From positions 2,144 through 66,143 of the forward strand of contig CAZPQI010000001.1 of the NCBI GenBank assembly GCA_964589005.1: DNA of 64,000 nt, read 5' to 3'. Below the pieces are notes generated by a model. It searched no databases. It was not told the origin of the DNA and was given only the letters and a program-made list of their open reading frames with translations. Position 1 is the stretch's first letter. Each line of letters begins with the position of its first letter. The DNA comes from an uncultured Candidatus Saccharibacteria bacterium (GTDB lineage Bacteria > Patescibacteriota > Minisyncoccia > Phycocordibacterales > UBA2100). A program made the position numbers and the translations under genes. Shown piece after piece: positions 8,170 through 17,670 of the stretch.

Positions 8170-10206
8170 TTACAACTTAATGCGCTTTAGCAGCATCGCA
8201 TTCGCAACAACAATTACTGTCGAAAGACTCATGAGCAGGGCGCCTATCTCGGGCCGTAAGAAAAATCCCCATACGGCAAACACGCCGGCTGCGGCAGGAA
8301 TCGCTACAATGTTGTATCCAAGCGCCCACACAAGGTTTTGAACCATCTTTTTGTACACCGCGCGCGATAAAACGATAAGACGTACGATGTCGAGCGGGTT
8401 ACTACGCATAAGTACAACATCACCCGACTCCACGGCAACATCAGTACCAGCGCCGATTGCGATTCCTGCGTCGGCTTGCGTAAGCGCCGGAGCGTCATTA
8501 ACACCATCGCCTACCATAAGAACTACCGCGCCACCTTCTTGGAGTTCTTTAACATATTTATATTTATCTTCAGGAAGTACTTCGGCAAAATATTTATCTA
8601 TTCCGAGAGTTGTTGCAACTTCTCTAGCTACCTGTTCGTTGTCACCGGTAAGCATTGCTGTTTTGATACCTAACTCGTGCAATCGGGAAATCGCATCTTT
8701 TGCTTCGGCTTTAATTTTGTCAGAGAGTGTAATAACTCCTAGAACCTCAGTGCTTGTTGCAACAAATACTGTCGTACCCGTTAACACGTTTCCTGAGGGG
8801 ATAGTGTCTTTAAGACCAACTTCTTCCAGTAAGGCTTTGTTACCAACAAAATATTTTGTGCCTTCTATGCTTGCAGTAATTCCTTTTCCAGCGATATTTT
8901 TAAAGTCATCAATTTGTTGAAGCTCTAAAGATTCTTTTTTGGTTTCGTTTAAAATGGATATACCAATAATGTGTGAAGAGTGCTGTTCAAGTGAAGCAGC
9001 TATGCGCAAAATAGCCTCTTTACCAATAGAGCCGAATGAAATAACGTCGGTTACTCCAAATACCCCTTCGGTTAAGGTACCTGTTTTATCAAGAACAACG
9101 TAGTCTGTTTTTTTAATAATCTCAATTTTCTCGAGATTTTTTATAAAGAATCCGTTTTCAACGGCGAGAGATGTTGTAATAGTCGTAACTGTTGGAATAG
9201 CAAGCCCGAGTGCGTGCGGACACGCAATAACTAAAACAGTAATGGCCAATGTAATAGCGAATACAAATGACTGTCCGATTACAAATGTCCATATAAGTAC
9301 TGTAAGTAGAGCAACAATAACCGCAATGAATACAAGCCATGCAGATGCACGGTCAGCTATTTTTTGTGATCGTGGTTTTGTTTTTTGTGCCGCTGTTATA
9401 AGGCTTTTAATTTGGCCCACGGTTGAATGTTCACCAACCCTTGTGAGCTTTATTGTAAGGGCAGTATCGAGGACAATTGACCCAGCGACAAGCTCGTCGG
9501 ATTCTTTTTTTACTATGGGCTTTGATTCTCCCGAAATTAATGATTCGTCAACATTTCCGGAACCGCTAACTACGACACCATCGGCAGGTACTTTTTCTCC
9601 AGGTTTAACAATAACCACGTCTCCTTCGTTAAGTTTTTCAATATCAGTATCAATTTCTTTCCCATCAACTAGCAGGTGCGCTTGTTTTGGTAAAAGTTTT
9701 GCAACTTCTTGTAAGGCGTTTCCTGCAGCTGAGCTCGATTTTGCTTCAAGGTAATGTCCAAAAAGAAGTACCCAAATAAGTGTTGAAATTTCTAAGTAAA
9801 ATTCAACTTGTATCGCAGGTATAAATGTTGAGGCAACTGAGAACAAATAACCCGACGCCACCGCGATAGACACAAGTGTCATCATTCCGTACGAGCGCAT
9901 TTTAATTTCCATCCATGCGTGCTTAAAAAATACGAACGCAAACCCAAAAATAATTGTGGCAATACCAAACGCAATCCATTTTCCAAGTGCGAACGTTGGT
10001 ACATTTAAAAGTCCTGCTACGAACTCATTCGTTATTGCGAGTGGTATCAGCAGGACGGTAACAATCCAGAACCTTTTCAAAAACGCCTCGGCTGAACCAT
10101 GACTCATGCCAGGTGATCCGTGTTCTGCATGCTCTCCTGCGGAAATATTACAGCAGGGGTGAGTTGATGCTTTAGCAGTATGCTGTATGTGGTCGTCGCG
10201 CTTCAT
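8170..10206 (-). CDS. copB: copper-translocating P1B-type ATPase, CopB-like (CPH motif, His-rich N-terminus)
   Basis: DKTGTLT phosphorylation site, GDGVNDAPAL hinge, TM6 CPH motif (IACPHALGLA), His-rich N-term (HAEHGSPGMSHGS). Confidence 0.9.
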   Translation of the reverse strand: MKRDDHIQHTAKASTHPCCNISAGEHAEHGSPGMSHGSAEAFLKRFWIVTVLLIPLAITNEFVAGLLNVPTFALGKWIAFGIATIIFGFAFVFFKHAWMEIKMRSYGMMTLVSIAVASGYLFSVASTFIPAIQVEFYLEISTLIWVLLFGHYLEAKSSSAAGNALQEVAKLLPKQAHLLVDGKEIDTDIEKLNEGDVVIVKPGEKVPADGVVVSGSGNVDESLISGESKPIVKKESDELVAGSIVLDTALTIKLTRVGEHSTVGQIKSLITAAQKTKPRSQKIADRASAWLVFIAVIVALLTVLIWTFVIGQSFVFAITLAITVLVIACPHALGLAIPTVTTITTSLAVENGFFIKNLEKIEIIKKTDYVVLDKTGTLTEGVFGVTDVISFGSIGKEAILRIAASLEQHSSHIIGISILNETKKESLELQQIDDFKNIAGKGITASIEGTKYFVGNKALLEEVGLKDTIPSGNVLTGTTVFVATSTEVLGVITLSDKIKAEAKDAISRLHELGIKTAMLTGDNEQVAREVATTLGIDKYFAEVLPEDKYKYVKELQEGGAVVLMVGDGVNDAPALTQADAGIAIGAGTDVAVESGDVVLMRSNPLDIVRLIVLSRAVYKKMVQNLVWALGYNIVAIPAAAGVFAVWGFFLRPEIGALLMSLSTVIVVANAMLLKRIKL

Positions 10207-10472
10207 TTGTTTTTAGCTAGTTTGTGAATGTTGAGAATTTCTCGTATCGCTTTTCTTTTTTTTCCTGAGGTAATTTGATCGATAACATGCGTCGAAAGGT
10301 GGTTTTCAAGAAGTAAATCTTCCACACCCGAAAGTGCCTGCTTAACTGCGCTTGTTTGCGTAATAATATCTACACAATATTTTTCCTCATCTATCATTCG
10401 TTGAAGACCGCGCACCTGCCCCTCAATGAGCTTAAGGCGACGCGTCACTTTCTTTTTGATTTCTTTTTTCAT
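10203..10472 (-). CDS. csoR: CsoR/RcnR-family metal-sensing transcriptional repressor
   Basis: 89 aa, DUF156 pattern (RLKLIEGQVRGLQRMI...CVDIITQTSAVKQAL); overlaps ATPase start by 4 nt (operon). Confidence 0.8.
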   Translation of the reverse strand: MKKEIKKKVTRRLKLIEGQVRGLQRMIDEEKYCVDIITQTSAVKQALSGVEDLLLENHLSTHVIDQITSGKKRKAIREILNIHKLAKNK

Positions 10473-10566
10473 GAAAGCAATATACCCCCCTAGGGTATAT
10501 TGTCAATGTTCACTGTGGATAATGCTCTCGCATGCTAGAGAGGCAAAATTGTGCGATACTATACAC

Positions 10567-10950
10567 ATGAAATACGGCTACACAAAAAAAGTTCCTCTCT
10601 CATTTAATGAGGTAGTAGAAAAAGTTAAAGGATCGCTTGAGTCCGAAGGTTTTGGTGTCCTTACTGAAATCGATGTAAAAGCAACGATGAAAAAGAAACT
10701 TAATGTCGAATATGAAAATTATTTAATTCTTGGTGCCTGTAATCCAGAGTTCGCACACAAAGCCCTTCAAGAAGAAAAAGAAATTGGCTTACTGCTCCCC
10801 TGCAACGTAATCGTGTATGAAGATGGTGGCGATGTATACGTATCAGCAATTCTCCCCTCGGTTGGCATGAGTATGGTGTCAAATTCAAAACTTGCAGAAA
10901 TTTCAGTAGAGGTGGAGCAAAAACTTAAGAACGCAATAGATTCGATTTAG
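10567..10950 (+). CDS. DUF302 family protein
   Basis: Start at internal ATG (MKYGYTKKV...); [13 protein letters not shown]...[17 protein letters not shown] matches DUF302; upstream part of listed ORF overlaps csoR and is unlikely coding. Confidence 0.7.
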   Translation: MKYGYTKKVPLSFNEVVEKVKGSLESEGFGVLTEIDVKATMKKKLNVEYENYLILGACNPEFAHKALQEEKEIGLLLPCNVIVYEDGGDVYVSAILPSVGMSMVSNSKLAEISVEVEQKLKNAIDSI

Positions 10951-12275
10951 TTTTCAAATAGATACATAAACTTTTCGTACCCTTCTTCTTTCAAATTTTC
11001 TGCTGGCACGAAACGCATAGATGCCGAGTTCATACAGTAGCGAATGTAATTATTTTCTTTTGGTCCATCCATAATGATGTGGCCGAGGTGCGAATCGGCA
11101 ATTTTACTGCGTATCTCGGTACGACGAAAAATAAGTTTGTAATCGTCACGCTCAATAACAAAGTCGTAGTCAATCGGTTTTAGAAAGCTTGGCCACCCAG
11201 TGCCCGAGTCATATTTGTCAGTCGACGAAAAAAGCGGCTCACCCGAAACAATGTCAACGTATATTCCATCTTCGTGATTGTCCCAATATTCATTTTGAAA
11301 TGGTCGCTCAGTACCCTCCTTTTGTGTCACATAATACTGCAATGAGGTTAATGTTTCCTTTAGTTCGGTGTTGCTCGGTTTTTCAAAAGAGTTCCAAAAA
11401 CTGCTAGAACTAATAGGCTCTGGTGTAGCAACAGGTATTACTTCCTCATTAAACAAATCGTCATTCTTACCGTTGCCCCACGCTGACTGTATAAAAGCGT
11501 CTCTACCTGAACCGCTACGATAATATTTATAGGGCAATGGATTCCTTTTGGCGTAATCTTGATGATACTTTTCAGCTATCCAAAACGTGCCTGCTGGTTC
11601 TACGCTCGTAGTTATCGGTTTCGTAAATAACTCGCGCGCATTGAGTTCTTTAATTACTGCTTCGGCTATATCTTTCTCTGCTTGAGTTTGATAATAAATT
11701 GCAGAAGTATATTGGTATCCGCGATCGTAGAATGAACCTTCTGCATCAGTTGGGTCAGTTTCTCTAAACAACTCCAATACAATGCGCTTATATGTTATTT
11801 CTGTTGGGTTATACGTTACTTTTACTGTTTCGCGATGACCCGTGTCGCCTTGTACTACCTGTCTGTAACTAGGAGCGTCTACCGCGCCACCCATGTATCC
11901 GGACACTGCATCAATTACTCCTGGTATTTTTCCATAATCGGCTTCCGTGCACCAAAAACACCCTCCAGCAACATACGCAACTGCGTTAGTTCCTACGATA
12001 GCCTCAGCAACACCAGCGGTATCAGCTACAGTTTGTATACTTACAGTTTTCTCTGGGCTAGTATTTTCAACAGTATCGACAGCAGAAGTACCTACTTTCA
12101 GAGGTTCATCAATTTGAACTACTCGCGGAGCAACAATTGCAGAAGCAGGATCCGCGACACTCGGAGCAACTTTTCCTAAATACCAGTTATAAATCCAAAT
12201 CCCAGCAAAGACAATAAGAATAATTGCAACAATCTTAAGAAAGTATTTTTGGTACGCGTGCATTGTTTCGTTCAT
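10947..12275 (-). CDS. msrAB: bifunctional methionine sulfoxide reductase MsrA-MsrB, membrane-anchored
   Basis: GGCFWCTEA (MsrA active site) and [10 protein letters not shown]...RYCMNS (MsrB) in one 442-aa ORF with N-terminal TM helix. Confidence 0.9.
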   Translation of the reverse strand: MNETMHAYQKYFLKIVAIILIVFAGIWIYNWYLGKVAPSVADPASAIVAPRVVQIDEPLKVGTSAVDTVENTSPEKTVSIQTVADTAGVAEAIVGTNAVAYVAGGCFWCTEADYGKIPGVIDAVSGYMGGAVDAPSYRQVVQGDTGHRETVKVTYNPTEITYKRIVLELFRETDPTDAEGSFYDRGYQYTSAIYYQTQAEKDIAEAVIKELNARELFTKPITTSVEPAGTFWIAEKYHQDYAKRNPLPYKYYRSGSGRDAFIQSAWGNGKNDDLFNEEVIPVATPEPISSSSFWNSFEKPSNTELKETLTSLQYYVTQKEGTERPFQNEYWDNHEDGIYVDIVSGEPLFSSTDKYDSGTGWPSFLKPIDYDFVIERDDYKLIFRRTEIRSKIADSHLGHIIMDGPKENNYIRYCMNSASMRFVPAENLKEEGYEKFMYLFEN

Positions 12276-12413
12276 TGAGATAAGCCTACAAGGACACAGA
12301 CTAATGTCAAGTAGGCTTTACATTAGTCTGTGTATAAGTTACATGTCTGCTGAGTTAACTAAAGGGCGTAGATAGATCTTTATTTAGGTATTTCCTTTTT
12401 CCTAATTGCGTAT

Positions 12414-13010
12414 TTATTCAGCAACAGGACACTTGTCTTCTGAAAACTCACACACAACGCAACAATTTTTACTCTCCTTAGGCACGGTAATCATTTTCCC
12501 GCACGACTCGCACAGATGAAGCGCCAAACATTTGTCATTGGGAATCTCTACTTCCTGTTTTGTTTTGCAATGTGGGCATGTGAGGGTTGTTTTATCCATG
12601 ATTATTTTTTGTTCGTCTTTAGTTTCGGACTCAACTTCGTTCGGCTCAATCTCTGGTTTCTTAAACTGAAGTTTATTGTCGATGACTGCACCAAGAATGA
12701 AAATGGCTCCACCGACCCACACAACTACTTGTACGAAAACGTAACGCCCAAGATATAGCGCGACGCTTCCTATTAAAAATAACACAAGGGGGCGCCATTT
12801 TTTATGTGATCGATAATCGAACGCAAGTCCCACAAGACCAGCGCCTAAAAGTGCGAACACAAGCCACTTCCACAACGGAATAAACGCACCAAGTCCAACG
12901 TAACTTAGAAACGCCGCGGACCCTGCCCAACACAGTGGACATACACCAATTGCACCAGCTCCAAGAAGTGGTGCCGTTATTTTTGCGTACTTTGATAACT
13001 TCTGGCTCAT
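12414..13010 (-). CDS. membrane protein with C-terminal Cys-rich zinc-ribbon domain (hypothetical)
   Basis: Start taken at MSQKLSKYAK; 3-4 TM helices then CPHCKTKQEVE...CESCGKM...CCVVCEFSEDKCPV. Confidence 0.45.
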   Translation of the reverse strand: MSQKLSKYAKITAPLLGAGAIGVCPLCWAGSAAFLSYVGLGAFIPLWKWLVFALLGAGLVGLAFDYRSHKKWRPLVLFLIGSVALYLGRYVFVQVVVWVGGAIFILGAVIDNKLQFKKPEIEPNEVESETKDEQKIIMDKTTLTCPHCKTKQEVEIPNDKCLALHLCESCGKMITVPKESKNCCVVCEFSEDKCPVAE

Positions 13011-13020
13011 TGTATTACTA

Positions 13021-13416
13021 TTATTCTCTCCTAATAACGCTTCCGTCGCTATTGGTTCGATACGTAAATTCAGAAGATCCAGCTTTAGCGGTGACCTCAA
13101 AACCAGGTGTAATTACTTGCGCACAGAGCTCGTCTTCTGTAATCAGCCCTAGGCACGCATTTGGCCATTCTTTTTCATACGCACTAAGAATTATAACCAG
13201 CCCTTCTTCTACTCCAGTTTCTTTTGAAACCGTTGTACGAACCACGGCAACAGCCGCAGGCACAGGTAGATTGTGCAAACTACCAGCAGGAGCATTATCT
13301 GCTGAAGTTGGTGTTCGTGACTGTTCTGGTTTACCTTCAGAGAAATTTTGAGTAGTAAGATACCAACCACCAAGAATAAGAAGCAGCACTGCTGTGATTG
13401 TTAGTATTTTTTTCAT
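13021..13416 (-). CDS. secreted hypothetical protein
   Basis: 131 aa, signal peptide (MKKILTITAVLLLILGGWYL). Confidence 0.45.
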   Translation of the reverse strand: MKKILTITAVLLLILGGWYLTTQNFSEGKPEQSRTPTSADNAPAGSLHNLPVPAAVAVVRTTVSKETGVEEGLVIILSAYEKEWPNACLGLITEDELCAQVITPGFEVTAKAGSSEFTYRTNSDGSVIRRE

Positions 13417-13473
13417 TACTTTCTAGTATAGCAAACAAAAAGTCCGCTGTAATTATTGCCTTAAAATGAGTAG

Positions 13474-14154
13474 TTAGAGAATTTCTACTTCAGCTTTTGC
13501 GCGCAGCCCCTGTATGAATGTAGACAAAATTTGCTGTTGCTTTTGACGCACAACAAATGCTTCTACTTGCGGTCGGGCTTCCTCTAAAGAAGGTGCGTTT
13601 TCGTCAGCTGCTTTTGCAGTTTCGTACGCTGCTTGTACTTCTTCTTCTGTGGCAACAATCTCATTCAACTTAAGATTGTCATCTAAGTATGACTGTACAG
13701 AAAGGTCTCGTGCAATTTGTGTACGCAAAACATCCTTTGTAGTTCCGTTAGTGGCCAATGCTGCTTCAAATGCCTCGTTAGTATCGAACTGCGATCCAAT
13801 TTCAGTCAATCGTGCATCAACCTCGTCTTCAGTTGGAACTTTATCAGACTCCTTCACTGCTTGTAATATGAGAGTCTCACCAATAAGTGAATCCAACGCA
13901 ACCGTTTCAAATTGAGCTAACTCTGCAGCGTCTAAAGAAGCGACATCGACACCCTGGTCTACTGCCAATCTATCTCTTGCTACTTGAAGTGATGCGCTTC
14001 CGATGTCTTGTCCGTTAACGCGAGCCACTACTTGACCTGCAACAGCTCCTGAAGTTTCAGTACTGCCGTTAGACCCTTTTTTCGTTGTTATATACCAATA
14101 AGCCCCACCTCCAATGATAAGTAAAAGTATTACTGCAATTATTATTTTTTTCAT
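13474..14154 (-). CDS. SurA N-terminal-domain-like periplasmic chaperone (membrane anchored)
   Basis: N-terminal TM, VARVNGQDIGSASLQVARDRLAVDQG... resembles SurA_N/PpiD-type chaperone domain; no PPIase domain visible. Confidence 0.45.
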   Translation of the reverse strand: MKKIIIAVILLLIIGGGAYWYITTKKGSNGSTETSGAVAGQVVARVNGQDIGSASLQVARDRLAVDQGVDVASLDAAELAQFETVALDSLIGETLILQAVKESDKVPTEDEVDARLTEIGSQFDTNEAFEAALATNGTTKDVLRTQIARDLSVQSYLDDNLKLNEIVATEEEVQAAYETAKAADENAPSLEEARPQVEAFVVRQKQQQILSTFIQGLRAKAEVEIL

Positions 14155-14241
14155 GAGCCTAGTATATACGAAAAATTAAAGGAGTGGAAACTTTTTTTCT
14201 GGAATTAAGACACGTCATCATACTAGGAATCTCTGTCGCTT

Positions 14242-14550
14242 TTGTTGCAAATGCACGCTAGTAAGTATATGTTAAAGACCTTGTTCATAAGGTCAGGAAG
14301 GATTGAAAAAATGAGTGACATGTCAAAAGTGGGAGCAAATCTCGAAACAGAAGAGCGACTTTGGCGGGAAAACGTTGGAGCAGCTATTGTTGCATGGAAA
14401 ATTGCACTTGCCGATGAGAAGCGTCAAAAGGCTTTGGGCCTTCTAGCCCACATCGGCTCAAAGACCGGGGCGAAATTGACTGATATTGTTACCGATGGAA
14501 TGATTGACGAAGCAACGGCCAATCAAATCAGGGCTGACGCGAAAAAGTAG
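14242..14550 (+). CDS. hypothetical small protein
   Basis: 102 aa ORF followed by a clear intrinsic terminator. Confidence 0.4.
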   Translation: MLQMHASKYMLKTLFIRSGRIEKMSDMSKVGANLETEERLWRENVGAAIVAWKIALADEKRQKALGLLAHIGSKTGAKLTDIVTDGMIDEATANQIRADAKK

Positions 14551-14591
14551 CGTAGCACCCCAAATTGACTCTACGACATCGTGCTGCTTGA

Positions 14592-14632
14592 TACATCAGG
14601 TAGCACGATTTTTATATAACAATCAACAAAAC
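14592..14632 (+). terminator. Rho-independent terminator (atcgtgctg...cagcacgat + TTTTTAT)
   Basis: 9-bp perfect stem, 14-nt loop, followed by T-tract; seen directly. Confidence 0.6.
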
Positions 14633-14882
14633 GCATGTCCCCTAATTCAAACTCAATGTTTGAAACAATTTTCGTAGCTACGGGTACAACTCGATTTCTA
14701 TTTCAAGTAGCGTAAACTACATGCCATGGATGAGTATAAATTTCTATTCGTTGGAGTAACAGCGGTTCTGGCGATACTTTTAATCTCACTTGAATTACTA
14801 TTTCCTGTAAGAAATTACGAACGTGCAGTTAAAAGTAAATCGTATCTAGCAAATATTCTAATATTCGGATTTAATAATATTA

Positions 14883-16064
14883 TTACCGTATTACTTCAAG
14901 TAAGTGCTGTATTTGCTGTTGTTTTAGTGTACTCCCCTGCCCGCTTGTGTCGGCGATTATCCCACTTGCTTCATTCATATGCACTAAAAGCACATTGCCG
15001 GTCATGTTTGCATTGCCAGTGTTATAGGCAGTTTCGCTCACGGCGTTATCAGGCAGTTCTTTGCCAGTTGGTCGCTGTGGCGCCCAAGCAATGGAGTTGT
15101 AAGTGGAGTCGCCAACATCTTTTATGTCGGAAGTGAATGTGCCTGTGTATAACGGTGATTGTTTTTCATAAATATTTGCAATTTCCGTCGCAGACAAAGC
15201 GCGGTTAAAAATTGCGACTTCGTCTATTTCTCCTAACCAATATCTACCCGCAATATTAATTGCGCCAATCCACAAATCAACTGGCTGAACAATATTCCCT
15301 GATGGATTATTGTTTTTAGTGCCAATCAAAAACCCATCAACATATATCTCACTATTTGTACTCCCTGTTCTTTGGAAAACTAAATGATGCCACTGCCCGT
15401 CATTCAAGTTTACTGTTTCACTTTGAAATGATGAACCACCCCAACCAAATATAAGAGTATCCGTTGAGGGCTGATACTGCATATGTTGATTATTAGAAGT
15501 CACACTATACGCATTAATAATACCCTTGTAATTTGAGCTAGTATCGCTAGTTTTTACCCAAACAGAATAGGCAAAGTTTCCAGTACCCCACGCAAATTGG
15601 TCGGTATCAGGTATTGCAACATAATCATCAACTCCATCAAAACTCATTGCTGTATTTAGTTTTCCTGTTGCGTTGTAAGTTACTCCTCCGTTTTGCGTGC
15701 CATCATTACCTTGCCCACTTGTGTCTGAAATTGTTCCACTTGCTTCATTCATATGCATCAAAAGCACATTGCCTGTCATATCTTGCCAGCCGGTTGTTGC
15801 GGCGTTGTCGGGCAATTCCCAAAGTGGGTTTGGCGTGATGTTGGTGCCTTCCACCCAAGAGTTCGCTCCATCCCACTGCGTGTAGCTGTACGCTCCGGCA
15901 TCAAATTCGCTTTGCGTGTCGTCCACCGCCACCGCCGCGTCAGACACATCAGCGCTCATAAGCGTATAAGCCCAATACCCACCGGCAACCAGCGTAAACA
16001 CAACCCAAAGCGTAAGCAAATGCCGTAAGGGCCTAAACTGCGGATGCTTCAAAATTATCTGCAC
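14883..16064 (-). CDS. LamG/concanavalin-A-like lectin domain protein (Laminin_G_3), membrane-anchored; likely 3'-truncated
   Basis: MSFDGVDDYVAIPD...VWVKT...GEIDEVAIFNRALSATEIANIY is the Laminin_G_3 signature. Start proposed at GTG 16064 (RBS-like aaggtggggg upstream, then TM helix); the listed ORF start 16337 reads through non-coding repeats. C-terminus begins a second LamG repeat then stops. Confidence 0.6.
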   Translation of the reverse strand: MQIILKHPQFRPLRHLLTLWVVFTLVAGGYWAYTLMSADVSDAAVAVDDTQSEFDAGAYSYTQWDGANSWVEGTNITPNPLWELPDNAATTGWQDMTGNVLLMHMNEASGTISDTSGQGNDGTQNGGVTYNATGKLNTAMSFDGVDDYVAIPDTDQFAWGTGNFAYSVWVKTSDTSSNYKGIINAYSVTSNNQHMQYQPSTDTLIFGWGGSSFQSETVNLNDGQWHHLVFQRTGSTNSEIYVDGFLIGTKNNNPSGNIVQPVDLWIGAINIAGRYWLGEIDEVAIFNRALSATEIANIYEKQSPLYTGTFTSDIKDVGDSTYNSIAWAPQRPTGKELPDNAVSETAYNTGNANMTGNVLLVHMNEASGIIADTSGQGSTLKQQQIQHLLEVIR

Positions 16065-16094
16065 ATCCCCCCACACCCCCACCTTTTTCTCCAC

Positions 16095-16122
16095 CAATGT
16101 CCGAGGCGACGCCTCGGACACC
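16095..16122. repeat. REP-like 28-bp palindromic element copy R1 (ccaatgtccgaggcgacgcctcggacac)
   Basis: Perfect 10-bp arms gtccgaggcg/cgcctcggac; family has 4 copies clustered around the RAYT gene. Confidence 0.8.
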
Positions 16123-16133
16123 CGATTTGTATC

Positions 16134-16218
16134 AAGCGATTTTACTCTCTCTCTCTCTCTCTCTCGGCTCGCAAAGCTCGCCGAATTAAGATCAGTATAG
16201 TGCTTTTTGTTTTTCATA
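16134..16218 (-). promoter_or_regulatory. module M1: (TC)11/(GA)11 dinucleotide tract embedded in conserved promoter-like sequence (TTGCGA ... (GA)n ... TAAAAT on minus strand)
   Basis: Homologous (~80% id) to module M2 at 17571-17670 but with different repeat number; lies about 70 bp 5' of proposed LamG GTG start. Confidence 0.5.
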
Positions 16219-16279
16219 ATATTTGCAGAAAAGGGGTCAGATACCTTTTTTTCTTGCCCTTGCCCCTCCTTTTCGCGCA

Positions 16280-16307
16280 CCAATGTCCAAGGCGTCGCCT
16301 TGGACAC
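16280..16307. repeat. REP-like palindromic element copy R2 (ccaatgtccaaggcgtcgccttggacac)
   Basis: Same family as R1/R3/R4; perfect palindrome gtccaaggcg/cgccttggac. Confidence 0.8.
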
Positions 16308-16573
16308 GAGCCGTATTGTTGTTGCCGTTACCGCCACTCTTGCTCTTCCGCAAATCTACAATATGCTCATCAATTTTCTCATTTGTTTGCCCACCAAAAG
16401 AATCCCCCCCTATGCGATTAGTATTCGTGTAATTGTTGGAGTTAATATTAGAGTCAGTATTAGAAATGTTTCTACTATATTTTTGTGACTTTCTGTTACG
16501 CAGCATCATGCCTAAATTATACCATTAGCAACGCCAAGAATATTTGCTGGATAGTTGATACCTTTACTAATGG

Positions 16574-17230
16574 TCAAGGAGCCTCCTTGACCATTAAATC
16601 AAGCATTTCTGATAAATCTTCAACATCATTTATTTCAATCGGTAATATCTCTTTGTTTAAAATTAGTGATTCGTCTCGCTTAGTTCCAAAATAATCTCTA
16701 TAACTTGAATATTTATACTCCTTTAGAAATTTAGATACTTTGCTCATGTCAGAAATACCGACTTCTTTCCAATCTGGCTCAACTTGGTCAACAGGGTTCA
16801 TATGAATATATGAAATTAACCATCTAAAGTACCCATCACTATCTACATGCTTTGCGCGAAATGGTCTACACATTAGTGGTCCGGTTCTGTCGTACTTTTT
16901 GTTCATATACATAGAAAACGAAGTGAGTAGTTTCTGCATGAAAGCGGAAATACCTCCCTCTTGTTTTTCGAGCAGAAGGAGATGAAAATGATTCGGCATC
17001 ATTGCATATGCACAGACAGTAACGAGTGTGTCACCCCTGTCCAAAGTGTCCAAGGCGACGCCTCGGACACGAGAGGATTTTTTGGTTGGTTTTGTGCTAT
17101 TGCACAGATACAGCAGTCGCTGATAATGCTTCCAATCGCCCTTACTAAAAAATATATTGCGCTTATCTATACCACGATTGTAAACGTGGTAAAACTCTCC
17201 TTCTGTAAATTCTACTGCTCTCTTTGCCAT
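16574..17230 (-). CDS. REP-associated tyrosine transposase (RAYT; IS200/IS605-like Y1 HUH transposase family)
   Basis: HUH motif MPNHFHLLLL, N-terminal FYHVYNRGIDKRNIFF, C-terminal RPFRAKHVD...YIHMNPV (catalytic Tyr region) align with E. coli RAYT YafM motifs; flanked and interrupted by REP-like palindromes. Confidence 0.8.
   Translation of the reverse strand: MAKRAVEFTEGEFYHVYNRGIDKRNIFFSKGDWKHYQRLLYLCNSTKPTKKSSRVRGVALDTLDRGDTLVTVCAYAMMPNHFHLLLLEKQEGGISAFMQKLLTSFSMYMNKKYDRTGPLMCRPFRAKHVDSDGYFRWLISYIHMNPVDQVEPDWKEVGISDMSKVSKFLKEYKYSSYRDYFGTKRDESLILNKEILPIEINDVEDLSEMLDLMVKEAP
17048..17070. repeat. REP-like palindromic element copy R3, located in-frame inside the RAYT ORF
   Basis: gtccaaggcgacgcctcggacac encodes the RVRGVALDTLD segment between the N-terminal motif and HUH motif of the RAYT. 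Confidence 0.75.
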
Positions 17231-17255
17231 TAATCTTTATTGTAGCATTGCCCCG

Positions 17256-17283
17256 CCAATGTCCAAGGCGTCGCCTTGGGCAC
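17256..17283. repeat. REP-like palindromic element copy R4, 25 bp upstream of RAYT start
   Basis: ccaatgtccaaggcgtcgccttgggcac. Confidence 0.8.
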
Positions 17284-17570
17284 TTGGCTCGGCGTTTGTT
17301 TATCGCCTGTTTTTTTCAGAAGAAATCACACTATCATTGTTTAAATCAACAGGTCTTTTGGTCGCAGTATTTTTGCCCTCACGACTTAAATCAAGCATCT
17401 CGCTCAATCTTTTTTTTGCTTTTTTATTTTCTTTTTTGTTCAACATATTAAAATACAAAAACACGCTTAAAAGCGCGTAAATTCACACATCTTGTTTTTA
17501 AGTGTGTAGTTAGAAGTAAAGGTTTTTGATTTAGAGTAAAATAGTCCCGAAAACAACGAGATAAACTCCG

Positions 17571-17670
<100 letters not shown>

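Noticed and set aside
8351-9754. Antisense ORFs inside copB (8351-8920, 9242-9754) and similar antisense ORFs inside other long genes
   Set aside because: Fully overlapped by strongly supported genes on the opposite strand; Ser/Thr/Ala-rich low-complexity translations.
14726-15136. Plus-strand 136-aa ORF overlapping the LamG gene 3' end
   Set aside because: Overlaps the LamG reading frame and the internal repeat; Cys/Arg-rich composition typical of antisense artefact.
16044-16509. Several overlapping plus/minus ORFs (16044-16421, 16207-16488, 16223-16432, 16237-16509)
   Set aside because: They run through REP palindromes and the (TC)n tract (Pro/Leu/Arg-rich low-complexity peptides) and overlap each other; considered artefacts of repeat sequence.
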